Assembly: GCF_009914755.1 (NCBI RefSeq)
Contig: NC_060927.1
DNA from: the human T2T-CHM13v2.0 reference genome, Homo sapiens
Direction: 5' to 3' (one strand)
Length of the DNA stretch: 64,000 nucleotides
This document shows, one piece after another, positions 24,590-39,879 of the stretch. The notes beneath the pieces were generated by a model. The model did no database searches. It was not told the DNA's origin and saw nothing but the letters and a program-made list of their open reading frames with translations. Each line of letters begins with the position of its first letter. Position 1 is the first letter of the stretch. Both the position numbers and the translations under genes were made by a program.

Positions 24590-27500
24590 CATACATTGAG
24601 CTACATTTATGTACTCATATCCAGAATTTATGTTAAGGCATGTGGGCACAGTACTCCTTAAAGTACAATAAACACTATTTACCCCCTCATTGCGTAATGG
24701 CCTGGAGCCTAGAGCAAACTAAAATAAACTACACTAATTTTTCAGTTGTATGTTAAAACCTTAAATTCACCACATAAATATCCCAAAACCAACTCAGAGC
24801 AGTAAGCTGATGGCTGGATAGAAGCACAATCAGAGGGATTATTCTGAGGGAGCAGGGGAAACGTGTTTCTTGACCTTCTGTTCTGAAAGGCTTCTTTTCA
24901 TCTGGTTTCAATTCTCTTGTTTGTGCACCTTGCCATATTTATTATTGAATTCCTGGTTTCTTCTTGTTTTATGTTCCATGTTCCAATGATTTATGAGAAA
25001 TTGCTGATCTAGATGTTATCTTTGGCATTCAAAGAGTGCACAGAGCCCCTTAAGAATGCTGAGAGAATAAATGTGTTTTGAGCTGCACAATACCCAAGCT
25101 GAACAGATGTCCATCAATTCATGAAAAATGCCAGCTGAAGATGCTTTAATAAGATGCATTTTTCTTCAACACAGCAGCAGCAAGAATGTTTTCAAAATCG
25201 CAGATAATTTTCCCTCTTTGGTAGATGATTGTGGTTAGAAATGATAAGACTTGGTTCTAAAATATTCATATGAGAAAAACTCTGGTCAAAGATAGATTTT
25301 TTTTTTTTAGCTCAGAATAAAGTGGCACATTTTTTACATCAGGGAATTGTCTTGTTAGGTTGACTAAGAAATGGAATATGCTAATGACATTTCAGTTAAT
25401 TTCTAAACATCTCCATGAAGATGATCTAGTTTAAGTGAGTAGGGGGTGAGAATTTCTTTAATGGTGACCAGTTTTTTTCTTGCTTAACTAAGTGAAAACT
25501 AATTAGCAAGTCAAATGTGCTCAGAAGAAGTCATCTAATTAGATAAATTTTACAGACTAATCAAAGTAGTTAGGGAATTTTCCCTAGACTTCCTTCTCTC
25601 CACTATGGGAGGTTAAACACATCCCCAGAAAACATTGCCCTTACCAAACTTTATCATCCTATGCAAGTCTTTCTGTAATCAAACTTGCCAAAATATTATA
25701 TCCAATACTGTAATGCAGACATGTATGCAGATTCCTTCATGGGCTTAGTGTTCCGTGAATTTTCCCATAGAATTTAATAATTTTTAAGAAGGAGATGTGT
25801 CAATATATCAAGTCCTAATTATTTAAAATTACATTCTTCATTCTTTTCTATCTTATTTTTCAGAGTTAAATCAGAAAAGTAACACACAGAATAAAGAAAA
25901 CATGTAAAGAGGTTAAGAAAAACTATAATAAACAGTGTACTTGCCATAAAAGGTGTATAATAATAGGAGAAAAGATGTCTTTTTATTTCATGACAATAAG
26001 AGAGAGAATAGATACCTTCACCTGTTTCATCACACACATGAATCAGCTATGATGGAACACCTAGAGTAGTCAATACTTTTCTTGTTAGATAGTTAAACAA
26101 ATTTGGCAAGCAAGTAAAGATTATCTTAATAAATCAAATGTTCATTTCTGCAATTCCAAATACTGAAATCACTGCGTATCTAAGGAATAATATAAAAGAC
26201 TGTAGGGTTCCTCTGTAAATTTCAAGAATTAAAGGATATATATGTACATATATCTCAATCTTGGCTAAGGACCAATTTTTTATTTTCAGGGTTGTCCTTA
26301 TAGAGCTCATCAACTTAGTTTCCAAAACCCAAATGTTAAATATTCTATGGTGTAAAATGTTTATATCTAGATGGTGAGATTAAGTATGGTTTTCAATTTC
26401 TTCTTTAGGCGTTCCCATTTTATATTTTTAAAAAACTAGTCAAGTATGGTTGTGGGAGGAGACAATGTTACTCAGCTTAACAATAACCCAGCACCCTCAG
26501 ACCAACTATTTTGTATTGTTTTTATGGTGTTTATTTTTATAGTGCTTATTACTTTTATAACTAGGAGGAAGGATATTGAAAAGAAAATCCTGGGCTATCA
26601 AACACACATGGAAGTGCACAATGATGAGTTTTGAGACAGATTTTCACGAGGATGGCTTCTTACCTACTCTACGTTCTGGGATTCAGAAACTTAGCCATAA
26701 ATGTAATCCTGTATCCATCTAAGTTAGGTACCTAGATGTATTTTCTAAGAATTTTGTTAAAAAGTTTGATTAAGAACTGATCCCACATTAAGAAATGATT
26801 TATGATAAAGTTAATAAACATTTGAGCCAAGCCCCAAAGCAAAACAACAACTATATAGTTTACAAACACTACTATATTCCCCCAAAACTGTTTACTCTAG
26901 GATACAGATGAATGATCCACCATAAATGGTTATAGAAACTCCTATGGAAGCCCCGGTCCTGTCCAGATTTTTGTATTCTCTCATAACCTAGTTCAGTATC
27001 ATCCACAGCTACCTCTGTATGCACAATGGACCGTATCACATGGCAGTCTTGAGTCCTCACGATAGCACTTGATTTCTTTATATTGTACTTGAATCCTTAG
27101 TATTTCTGTCTCCAATTGTCTAAATCTCAGACTTTAAGAAACAATGTCTTCTTTAACTTTGTTGCTAATTGCCAGCTACTTCAATCTCTAAATGCTGTAT
27201 CACAGACCTTTGCAAATGTAACACTGTTCAAATGCTATAAATGTCCACTCTTGTTCCCTGTTACAAAATACCTCCTTCTCTCTCAGACAATGGATGTAGA
27301 GAGATTTTTAGACCTCCTTGATTTGCCAGGCAGTGGACTGTTTTCATTTATAATGAAGATAGAAGCTGTTACTCCTTCTTTACAAACTGACTCTGTTTTA
27401 GCCTAATGCCAGTAAGAACTTAGGCCTCCACACCATTTTTACATAAGAAACACAATCATTGTCAGCATTTTGAGATTTTAAAAAATAGACTTTATTAAAA

Positions 27501-27982
27501 ATTTCAAAGACGAAACACAGAAGAGGTCTTACATCACATATCCTCATCAAATTGTTTCAAACATCCTCATCAGAGCTAACTATCCTCCCCCGACTCTCCA
27601 ACTTTGCTGCCAGCTGGGGTTTTCCTTGTCCCCTTCAACCCTCATAGAGCCCCCAGCCCCACTGATTCCTTTTCCTCCCTCCAGTCTATCACCTGCAGCC
27701 TGCATAATTATACACCCAGTTATCAGCAAATTAAACTTCTTTAAAAAGTGAAGGGGGTTAGGAATAACAATGTTATTTTCCTCTATTCCATTCACATTAA
27801 GTGCTCACAACAAGCCTTTGTGATAGGTTTCATCACCCCAAGTTTGCATTAAAGAATGTCCAGAGTACAAGCCAAGGTTCTCTTCAGAGTTTCATTCTAA
27901 ACTATTATATCATGTCATTTCCTCATACAGTCATAAGACATCTGTCTAACCCTCACATAAATGTATGCAAAATGCCCAAACA

Positions 27983-28072
27983 TCAAAATTCAGATAGCTA
28001 TAGATACAGGGATGGTTTCCAAAATTCAGACAGCTATAGATAACAGGGATGGTTTCCATAATTCAAGACAGG
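27983..28072. repeat. ~36-bp tandem duplication (about 2.4 copies)
   Basis: caaaattcaga.agctatagata.cagggatggtttc repeated. Confidence 0.9.
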
Positions 28073-28879
28073 AAATAACCACAGAATTGGTTTTGTTTGT
28101 CTTTTTGTTTTAATAATGAAGGAGAATATCTCAATGTAAAATCCAACTTTGGAAGTTGCCTCTTTCAAAAAAAAAATTAGGACAGCTTATCTATCCCATC
28201 TATCAGAGTCACATTGAAAAAACAATTTTCAGGCATCAGATATTTATGCAGAGTAACATAGAATGAAATATTCTTAACCCCCAGCATTTATAAAGATGCA
28301 TGCAGCAGCAGATAAACTGTGTGGTGGGGCCATGGAAGTAGAAATACAGTTAGTAAAGATTCTGTAGTTTAAAATTTGGTCTTGAGAACTGCAAAAAGAG
28401 AAAGTGAGAGAGATCTACATTGTTATTATTATTCTTTATCAAAGGAGGGAACCGTGACTTGCCTGAGTTGTGAACAACTATGGGATTTGGAAGGATAACA
28501 ATGAATGAACCTGAGTGAAGGAAAAATGGGGGCCAATTGCAGTTATGGGGAAATACTAGTGAAATGAGTCCTGACATAAACTCTCAATGTCTTCCCTGCT
28601 TCATACTCCTAGTTGTGTTCTGCATTCCTTGCATAAAACAAAAAAGAGATTCCTTTTTCTTACCTTTGAACAGAGGAAAGGGTTGCCAAAGCAAAATCTA
28701 GGTATGGTATGGTGAGAAGAAAAATGGCATGTGCTCTTTGGAGATGAAAAGGGCTGTAAAGGCACTGGAGGTGGAAGTTCCTAGGAAACTATCCACAGGA
28801 ATGAGACTACACACATGTTTTGACTCACCTTAGGTGGAGAAAGAAACCATTCTCCCATATGCAGTTGAATTGTAAGGAG

Positions 28880-29287
28880 TGTATCAGTCAGTATGGGCTA
28901 GATTTTGCTGCATAAACAAACAACTTTAAAAAAATCTCAGGAGCTTAAAATGACAGATGTTAATGTCTTGCTCACACTTATATATCCACTGCAGATTGGC
29001 AAGGATGTTCTGCTCACTGTAATCTCTTAGGGACCCAAGCTGATGGAATCTTCATTTCAACATGTGCTTCCACAATCACCAAGGCATGAAAAGATAAAGT
29101 GGCAAAATACACACTAGCTCTTAAAGTTTCCACCCAGAAGTGACCTGTGTCACTTTACTCTCACATTTCAATGGCCAAAGCAAGCCAAATGCCCACAGTT
29201 AACTTTAAAGGGAGCTGAGAATGTGCAGTCTCATGTCCAGAAAGAGGAAAAGTAGGATATTTGAGGTCAGATCCAGTGACTACCACA
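28880..29287. mobile_element. MLT1-type (MaLR) LTR
   Basis: tgtatcagtcag...gctagattttgctgc...cacatttcaatggccaaagcaag...gactaccaca; subfamily not assigned. Confidence 0.65.
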
Positions 29288-30857
29288 AGGAACTGCAATG
29301 CTAAGTTAATAAGGGAGGGCTAGCAGGTTGTCCTCCCTCAATTTCTCTGCTTCCAAAGTTCACAAAGGCTGTCCATGTGCCTCCATGCAATGTATCAGCC
29401 ATTTTGATTTAGTTTCACTATGGATTTCACCATTCAGTAATGAAGAGGTATTAGAATTAACATCAGAAACTCTCTGTACTTGTAATTCTATGTTCGTTAA
29501 AAGCCACAGATCAATACTGGGTTCAGTAAACTGCATAATTCATTACAAAGGTAAATTTAGCCATTTTCAGGTAATGCTCTTAGCCATCTTGAAATAAAAA
29601 TCTCAAGGAAGAGAGTCATATGAAAAACTAAAGAAAAGGATCACCTTATTTAGGTACCTGATAATTGCAAGCAAGACTCATTTTAATACACTGCTAATGA
29701 GACTATAATCTGACACAATCCTTTTGGGAAAAAATGCCACACTACGTATCAAGAGCCTTAAATTATTCCTCATTCTTTTACCTCACAATTCAATTATTGG
29801 AAATCTATCCTAGAGAACCCTAAGTGTTTAAAAACCCAACATGATGTTCACTGCCAGACTGTTTATAGTAGTAAATAATTTAAAGTAGTTTAAATGTTCC
29901 ACGACAGAGGAATGGTTTAAGCAAATTATGGTAAATCTACATGAGGGACCTATTGAAAGTTGTGTTTGTTGGGAAAATGATAACATTATAATATTAGCTT
30001 AAAAATACAAAATTACAAGATTTTGTAATTATAACAAAATTTATAATTTGCAACAAAAATATAAAATTATTCATATACTGTAGTCAAATATGTGTTAAAT
30101 GTATCTATATCATATAATATATATTTTTGTACATATTTTGACATCCATTATGAATAGACCATTTCATACAATGGCACTAAACAGACCTGTTTCCCTTTTG
30201 ATACTATGCATTTTATACATGCGTGACCAAAGGACTACTATTATTTTTTAATTAACAAGACAGATCACCACAAACTTGCTGACAGCACAAGGGTATAATA
30301 AGATTTTGAGTTGATTTTAGAAAGTTGGAAGATATAGGCAAAATGCATGCATGCATGTGTGTGTGTGTGTCTGTGTGTTTGTGTGTGTGTGTGTTTCTTT
30401 GTAAAAGAAAAAGAGAATATTAGGGAAAACGCATTTTTCAAAGTTATTAGAAGAAACTGATTTGATATAAAGGGACTTAGCAGAAAAAAACCTAGTGAAC
30501 ACATTGTAAAGACTGAGACTGTTTTGGAGCATAATTCTTGGGTGTATATTAACTGCAGAGAGGTAATCCTATATATTAAGCTTTTAATATACTAATGCAT
30601 ACAAGACTAATGCTAGTTGTTTTAGAATAATAATAATAATGTTTGAGAAATGGCTACAATGGAAAAATTCTGAAGGGAATTGAGGTGATTGAAACTGGAA
30701 ATAGAAATCTGAGGAGAAAACCAATACGTATTTAATGAAGTAAAAGGCATATTTGTGAGAATGTTGGTAAGCAGTGCTTTAATGGTCATCAACATTGATT
30801 CTATTAAACATGTACTGAAAGCAGACAGATTTCAGACAAATTAGAGAGCATTTTCCA

Positions 30858-31169
<312 letters not shown>

Positions 31170-31423
31170 CACTTCCTAGGTAGCAAAGTAACAACATTCT
31201 GGGATATAATGTGAAGACATTTGGGGAGTCTTCTTTCTCAGGGTTTGTTTGGCTTGAAGGAAAGAAAAAATGGCCACCTATCTTTTGGGGTCTGTGGTGA
31301 CTTTCCTTTTGAGGAGGACGATGGTTTCTCCTTTAGTTCTTTCAGTTTGGACTGTAGGTTCCTTGTCTCCCTTATTCTTTCCCTGACTTCTTTGAAGACA
31401 GCAAAAATTAAGAGACTCATTTT

Positions 31424-31639
31424 CTTTTTTTTAACTTTCAGTTCTGGAATACATGTGCAGAACATGCAGGTTTGTTACATAGTTATACATGTGTCATAGT
31501 GGTTTGCTGCACCTATCAACCCATCACCTAGGTTTTAAGCCCCGCATGCATTAGGTATTTGTCCTAATGCTCTCCCTCTCCTTGCCTCCCACTCTCTGAC
31601 AGGCCCTGGTGTGTGATGTTACCCCCCCATGTCCATGTG
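31424..31639 (-). mobile_element. Short L1PA 3'-end insertion
   Basis: L1PA 3' UTR (atacatgtgcagaacatgcaggtttgttacata); TSD taagagactc on both sides. Confidence 0.85.
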
Positions 31640-32063
31640 TAAGAGACTCTTTTAAAAAAGAAATAGATGGTTATTTCCAGTCCTACTAATGATAATGAAG
31701 TAATTTTGAAATTTTAAAAATTTCTTACAGCACTCTCGGAAATAACTTCTTGCATATTTATTTTTCTTGCTTACAAAGGTAGAAATTTATTATAGGCCCA
31801 CAATCTCTTTTCCAAAAGTATTGGAGACAAATATATTTTGGAATTCCTTGCTTTTTTATTCTAAAAAGATAATACGGTACAAATATCAGGGATTATGTAA
31901 CATTCCCAGTGGAATCTGGAGCAGTACCCATTACTGAAAACATTAATACATATAATGTACAGTAATACATATAAACATTCACACAAAGTAAAGACGATAA
32001 ATAGCCTCACCTCTAGGTTACATTTTGCCATAAAATAGTTACAAAAATCTTAGGTTTTTAGAT

Positions 32064-32450
32064 AGGGTTGCAAGATAAAATACAGACTGCTCAGTTAAAT
32101 TTGAATTTCAGATAAACAACAAATAATTTTTATCGTTGTGGTTGCTTTTGTTTTTTGTGGTGGTGGTGGTGGTGGTGGTGTAGGAACAAGTAATTTTTTA
32201 GTATATGCCCCAAACATTGCATGAAACACACTTATACTAAAAAAAAAAAAAAAATACATATTCAGGCCAGGTGTGGTGGCTCACGCTTGTAATTCTAGGG
32301 CTTTAGGAAGCTGAGGTGGGAGGATCACTTGAGGCCAGGAGTTCAAGATGAACCTGGGAAAAATAGGGAGACCCTGTCTCTACAAAACACACACACACAC
32401 ATGCACACAAAATGTTTAAGTAGAATTCAAGTTTAACTGAATGTCTGTTT
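32064..32450. mobile_element. MER53 interrupted by (GGT)n and a FLAM monomer (32265-32385)
   Basis: gggttgcaagataaaatacag...gttaaatttgaatttcagataaacaac and the reciprocal aattcaagtttaactga end. Confidence 0.75.
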
Positions 32451-33077
32451 TTTTTAATTTATGAAATGTGCCTCTTTTAATTTGAAACTGCAAATAAAAG
32501 ATTGTAGACTCGTATTTAAAAATATCCTAATTGAAATACTATTAAGAGCTACTATTCCAGGAGTTGAGTTTGATTTGGGCCTTTTTGAAGGGAAATACAG
32601 AAAACAAAGTTTTATTAAGTATGTTTATGTCCACACAGTATGTGAGATATAAAGCCTGTGCAAAGCCAAACAGATGAACAACTCAAGATATTTAAAGAGT
32701 TAGAAATAACATGGCTATTTTAGAAACAATTTATATCATGCATTTTAATAATGGTTCTTTCCTGTTTCACTGGAAAATTCATCATCTATAAAATATCCCT
32801 TTTAGAAAGTTATAAGAAGTCTCCTTAACAAAGATATAGCTCCATCTAATGGGAAAAATATCAAATTACAGCCTATCATGCAGCTAGGAATTAATCCAAT
32901 ATTTCTATGAGTGCTAATAATAATTATATGTGTATGTAGTTTATACACACACATACACAAATACTGGATGTGTTTCTGTGCTTCTCCTTTTTTGCAGCCA
33001 GATAGGATCTAAAAGTTCCTTCAAGAGCTGCTCTTTTCCTTGGATTGAACTAATGTAAATGTATTTTTATTTTTATA

Positions 33078-33361
33078 TTTTAGAGACGGGGTCTTGCTCT
33101 GTTGCTCAGGCTGGAGTTCAGTGGTGCAATCATGGCTCACTGCAGCCTCAAACTCCTAGGCTCAAGTGATCCTCCCACCTCAGCCCCCCATGTAGCTGGG
33201 ACTAAAGCACGCACCACCATGCCAGGCTAATTTTGTATCTTTTGTAGAGACAGGGTTTCACCATGTTGTCTAGGCTGGTCTCAAACTCTTGGGCTCGAGT
33301 GATCTTCCCATCCTGACCTGCCAAAGTGTTGGGATTACAGGCATCAGCCATCATGCTCGGC
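33078..33361 (-). mobile_element. AluJ
   Basis: J-type dimer; TSD tatttttatttttata. Confidence 0.88.
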
Positions 33362-36300
33362 TATTTTTATTTTTATAGTTCTTTCAAGAGCATCTCTTTT
33401 CCTTGGATTAGACGAATATAAATATATTTTTATTACGTATAACCACCCACACCCTAAGCTCATTCCCACCCTATTAATCTACAAAATGTAACCTTAAGAG
33501 TGTTTAATTTTCTGCCCTTGAAAATCATGGCCTCTTCAAACGTGGAAAGGACATTAGAGATTATCCAACTTGTGGTTCTCTACCCTGGCTAAGTATTAGA
33601 ATCATCTGGGAAAGTTAACAAAAATACCCCTGCCTGAAACCACCAACATAAATTCTTTTTTAACTGGTCTGGGTAAGTCCTGGGCTTGGGTATTACGTAA
33701 AAGCTCTCCCAGGAGATTCTAATGTGCAGGTGATTCTAATCCCCCAGCTGACTTTAACGTGCAGCCAGGTTTAGGCCCTGGTGAATTTTAAGACAGCCAA
33801 CATATTTTACGATAGAGGAAACCAAGCCCCACTGAAGAGAAGTGATTCTATAACTAGAATGTTAGAGTCTCTGACATGTAAGAAATCACAATTCTTAGAA
33901 ATAGATAAGAAAACACAATCATCATAGTGTTCTTGCCCATCCTTTCTTTTATGTAAAACTTTCTTCTATGAAGATACAGCAGGAAAATGTCTATTTCAAA
34001 ACTCAAACTCAATGACATCAAATCAGAGATATGAATTGTCCTCACTTCTGAGAATCTGACCTCCAGGTTCAAATTATAGTCTATTTTATCTCCATTTTTC
34101 TTTCACCCCTCTCTCCATTTCATCATCAAATCCTGTTAGTACTTTTTGTAAGCTCAATGACAGCAGAGCATGGGTCTATCTTGTTCACTGCTGCAGTCCT
34201 AGCCCTGAGCATCATGTTGGCTCATGGCAAGCACTCTATACGTATATGCAAAATTAAGCAAATGAAGTCAGGTTCTCTTGCATCCATCCACTCCTTCATC
34301 TCAAGACTAAACCCTCAATTCCTCCTGCCTGGGTAACCATTCAAGTCTCTTTGCTAATTTTCTTTGATGATTTCCTAGGGTTTCCCCCACACCAGACATC
34401 AGTCTCTTTCAACTAATATATTTTACATGTTACTTTCAGCCTTCATCATTTCATTCCCCAACATACACATCTCTGTTTCAATTTCTTCCTTACTCTCACT
34501 CCACTCTAATTTTTCAAACTTTTCCTCCAATGTTCCCCATACCCTTCCACTCATGCCATGTACTATAGCTCTATTTCCTCCTGCTCATACCTTTCTGCTT
34601 TGAAGAAGTGGAAAAAACAGGCTGTGGAATCAGACCAATTGCAAGTGGTTCCAATTCCAGCTTTGCTATTTAGTCATTCTGAGTCTCAATTACTTCATTT
34701 ATAAAATGTATCAGTAGAAAATAAGATAATATATTTAAAGCACCTGGTGCTACATCTTGTGCATAGTACTGAACCAACCCTTTATAGTCTCTCTGTCAGC
34801 ACCACACAATCTTGATTACTATAGCCATTTTTCACACCATTTAGAAGAGAAAAGCTTTAATTCTAGAAGTACTTAAGTAGACATTCTGCTATACTAATTT
34901 TATACACAAATAAGCTGTGTCTTCCTTGTTTAAGGTATTTGAGTAAGAACAGTTATAATCAAAGGTCAATTTATCCTGAATTTATTTTAAAGATACCTCC
35001 CTCTTGAGGGCATTACTATATATGACTCAGTATACTGTGAACTTGAGCACCGTGATATATATATTACTGGGTGGAAATGGAGGTAAACTAGTACAGACAT
35101 CTTGGAGGACAATTTGGCAACATCTATTAACATTTAAAAACCCATGAGCATAAAGACTGTACAAAAACTGTACAAAAACTGTAAACTGCCTAAATTTCCA
35201 GCACTAAGTGACCAGGCAAATAACACACAGTAAAACACACAATAAAATAACATGTTACTACTAAAAATGGAAAAATCTATATATACTTACATGGATTATA
35301 TCCAAGACATATCTGCATAGACATACTTGTACACACATAAAATAAAAATACCTTCAGATGAATGCTGGTAATAGTCATTGTCTTTGAGAGAAGAAACGGG
35401 TCAGTAGGCTTCAGGGAAAGGAAGGAATACTTTTCACTGTGTACTCTTTTACAATAGAAACTGATTTTTAAACCACCTATATGCATTATATATGCATATA
35501 TAATATTTAAATTATATATAAAATTTTTGAAATAGGACTTACACATAGAAAGTGAACAAATCATAAGTGTTAAGAACATCTTTTTAATAAAGTTAACATA
35601 CCCACCTACAAAACACTCATATCAAGGAGAAAAGCATTACCAGTATATGTTTACAGGAAAATTCTGGTATTAATTTACCTTTACTACTTCAGTATGTATA
35701 TCAAAACAAACTAAAAAATAACAGTAATATCATAATCACACTGAGTAAAATGAACAATAGTTAGGTTTTAGAATATGTAATGCTTATATTTTTTAATACC
35801 CAGTTCATGTTCAATTATCTTTGCTTATCTCAAAAATATCTATTTGCATTTGGTTTGTTTGGATCATTTTCCAAAAAGTCCCCATATTACATATGGTGAT
35901 TTTTCTCTTAAATCTCTTTTGTTCTATAACTGGCCCACCCTCTTCTGTTAATGCTATTTCTTTGTCATTGGAGAAACTGGTCATTTATCTTGTAGAATCT
36001 CTTACATTCTGGAATGGCTGATTAAATCCTCCTGGTATCATTTAATATGTTCTTTACCCACTGCATCTTTTGTAAACCATCAGTTAGATCTAGAAACTCA
36101 TATGCTTTCTTGAGTTGGTAAATAAAAGTACTCTATGATCCACTACATTTGAGCAAAGCTACATATTTGGGGGAACCGATGCATGGAGAGTCACAAAGAC
36201 CTGAAAAATTCCCAAAGCAAATAAATGTTTAGTTTGCTTAACTGTCCATTTCCCATGTGTTATTTTGTTGTTACTGTACTACTTACTATGTTCACATGGA

Positions 36301-36397
36301 ACTACAGTCCTGTTTTATGCACTTTGATAAACACTGGAGCAAAAGATCTGTATGGTCTTCTCAAAATCCTATGACTTTTCATGGTATGAGACATATT

Positions 36398-36706
36398 GGC
36401 TGGGCACAATGGCTCACTCCTGTAATCCCAGCACTTTGGGAGGCTGAGGCAGGAGGATCCTTGAGCCCACAAGTTCAAGACCAACCTGGGGGATATAGCG
36501 AGACCTCATCTCTACAAAAAAAAAAAAAAAAGAGAGAGAGAGAGAATAAAAATTAGCTGGGTTTCATGGCACATACTTGTAGTCCCAGCTACTTGGGAGG
36601 CTGGGGTGGGAAGATCCTTGAGTCCAGGAAGTGAAGGCTGCAGTGAACTGTGATCTGCACTCTAGCCTGAGTGAGACAGCGAGACCCTGTTTCAAAAAAA
36701 AAAAAA
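36398..36706 (+). mobile_element. AluJ
   Basis: J-type dimer with expanded A/GA linker. Confidence 0.85.
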
Positions 36707-37033
36707 GAGAGACAGAAAGAGACATACTGCAGATGCTCATAAAAGTTCGCTGATTGATTAATCCAGCAGTCACGTGTTGTGTTTTCTATTTATAGTGTAC
36801 TGTACTCGAAACCACTATTCCTGTCCTTAAGAAATAAGATTGAGTTGATAAATCAGCATGTGTTCAGGCAATAAACTCACATGCTTATTTAAAGCATATG
36901 GCAGTTTAAAAAAAAAATCCACTGTATGTGTTGTGGATTTATGGAGTGGCCTGTTGGGTTTCATGAGGAAAGCTCCAAAAGAGAGGTCAGCCTTGGAGTA
37001 CATCAACAAGCATTCACAGCAAGTCAGACCTGG

Positions 37034-37035
<2 letters not shown>

Positions 37036-37089
<54 letters not shown>

Positions 37090-37096
37090 CGAGAGA

Positions 37097-37128
<32 letters not shown>
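37036..37128. repeat. Compound (CA)n(GA)n microsatellite
   Basis: Directly visible. Confidence 0.97.
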
Positions 37129-39616
37129 AACAGAAATCTGCTGGTTTAATCTCTTAATTTATAGAAAACAGGAAGCCTAAGGACAGGAAAGGATTCTTAT
37201 AGCTGATGAGACCCAGACATTCCTGCTGGTAAGCTTAGTGCACTCCCTTAGTAGGTCCAATTCAAGATTATTTTTTTGTAGGTAAACTGTTTTGTTTTGT
37301 TTTCTCTTCCCTCTGGAAGCTTTTGGGATTTTCTTTTTATCCTTTGGAGTACTGAAACTTCTTCAGGAAGTTATGAGCTTTTCCCTTCATCCTACCTGGC
37401 CTACCTCGCAATATGAGGATCCAGATTTTCTTGGGCGGAGGGAAACTTTCTTCTGCTACTTGCATATCTGTCCTGGGTCACTTGTTTTAATTTGTTCATT
37501 CCAATCATTTTCTTTGATACTGTTGGTTCTACTCATTTTGAGTGAACCTTGGTTGCCTTTCTACATTTATGAATGAAAGGTAATGTTACTAATTATCTGA
37601 CTTGGGATTCTTTTGTAGTTATATGGATTTGCTTACCCAGAAAGGCACACAGAGATAAATTTGACCTGGTTTTTAGCCTCGAAGTATTTACAGTCTAGTG
37701 AGGGAGGAAAACAAATAAACCAAAAATTCTGTCAAAGTGTCAGAATGTTTATGATATAGCTTAAACAAAAAGGCAGTGGTATTAGTTTGTGTACCAGGGA
37801 ATTCCAAGGTGTGTACCTCCTCCAACTTCAATAGGCTGCCTCTGGCTTCTCTGGGGTTGGCCTTGAAATGAGCAGGGTCTGGGAGGCAAAAGGAAGGGAC
37901 AGAAAAGGTCTGTCTCCACCACTACAGTTTGGTGATGTGGCTTTCTGGGCTTGAAGAAAGTTCAAGGCTTCTTCTTTCTCTTGAAGTATACATTTCTGGA
38001 TTTCTCAAAGATTTATCACAGAGAATCTTTTGCTGCAACATTCGTGACATAAGCAATGCCATTTCTCAGGATCTTCACTCACTACCTGTAGCTCCTGAGC
38101 ATGTGGTTGTCCCTTATACACAGACTCTTTCTGTTTGGGGTCCCACTTCTCTCCCAAGCAGTCCTCTTAGGTGAACAAGAACTCAACCCAAGCCTGGTCC
38201 TTCCCCGTGCACTACATCTGTGGACTACATCTGGTCCAGGGGAAGCACCTGTGCCTCCTTGTAGCTATGGAAATGTACCCCTCATTGCTCTCCCGTAGGC
38301 AAACTGCTCCAGCCACTGCCTTTGCCTTAGTTTTTCTCAAGGATGAGTCAAATGCCTAAAAGTCTTCAATTTCTCATGTGTCCTGGAAGTAGGAAATGAA
38401 CTAAGTCTTAGAAAACTGGAGCTGGAGCACCTCCTTTGTAAGCTCTGCATAGATTTGGAATGTGGGAATATTTGGCACCTTAATTTTGTTCTCAGTTCTT
38501 GGAGTCTCAGCTGAAATAGGAGAGAAAAAGTCTCATTGGAAAAGTCTGTTTCATACCTCAATGAAAAGTACAGGGGTGATGAAATAAGGAATCTTCCATG
38601 CTGTTTCTTGAAGGCAGTAGGCCGTCTCCTGTGACTGGCCTTCTTACAATAAAACTGTGCGTCAGAGAGCCCTCTGTTAAGCCAGTTTGTGGTTCTCCAG
38701 AAGAGGAAAAAAGAAGCTTGGTTCTCTTCAAAAGCTAGATTATTCTTAGGCTTGGTTCTCCTAAGGAGCCAGCTGAATGTGCATCACTGTGAGAAAAGAT
38801 TGCCTGGCAGGGAGAAATTTAGAAACATTTTTTTACACTAAAGCATTTACAGAGCATGAGCATTGAAGCCAGAGAGATCTGAATTTAAATTCCAATTTGG
38901 AACTTATTAGCTGTGTGGCCGTAGACCGACTGTTTAGCACTCTAAGCCCTTGGTTTTCTGATTTGTAAAAGGGGACTAATAACTAGCTTGAAGGGTAGCT
39001 GTGGAAATTAAATGAGATGTAGTATGTAAAGATTCCAAAACAGATGCCTTCGATGAGTAGTAGCCACTATCACCATTCCTCCTCAGCCTGGAATTCTCTC
39101 CCTCTTCTTCTCTGCCCCATCAATTCCCATTCTTCCTTAAAGAGAAGTCAGGGTAAGCCACCTCCTGCAGAAGGCCTTCTTGGATTCCTTTTCCCACTCA
39201 TTATGGTATTGGTGCTTCTAAAGCATTTTGTAATATCTCTATTACTGCATGAACCACACTTACCTAAAGTCATTTGTACCCACATTTGCTCCCCTCGTTA
39301 GAACTGGGATTTCCTTGAGTGCAGAGAGTATATATAACTCACCCATCATCTCCCATGACTGCGACTGCCAAGGCAGAAATCATTGACCATATATTTGTGA
39401 CATGTATGGAATCTGTAATTCACACCTCCCCATCTCAGAGAAAGAGGGAGAGAGGAGTTGCAGTGTTCCCTCCCTTGGGAGAAAACATATCTATTCCATC
39501 ATAATTGAGATAGCAGATCATGATTCCCAGTTTGGCTCATTAACTCATAGGATTTTAGGACAGAAAAAAAAAGCCTTATCATGGGGGAAGTATGTTACTC
39601 TCAAGAAGCTTGTGTG

Positions 39617-39879
<263 letters not shown>

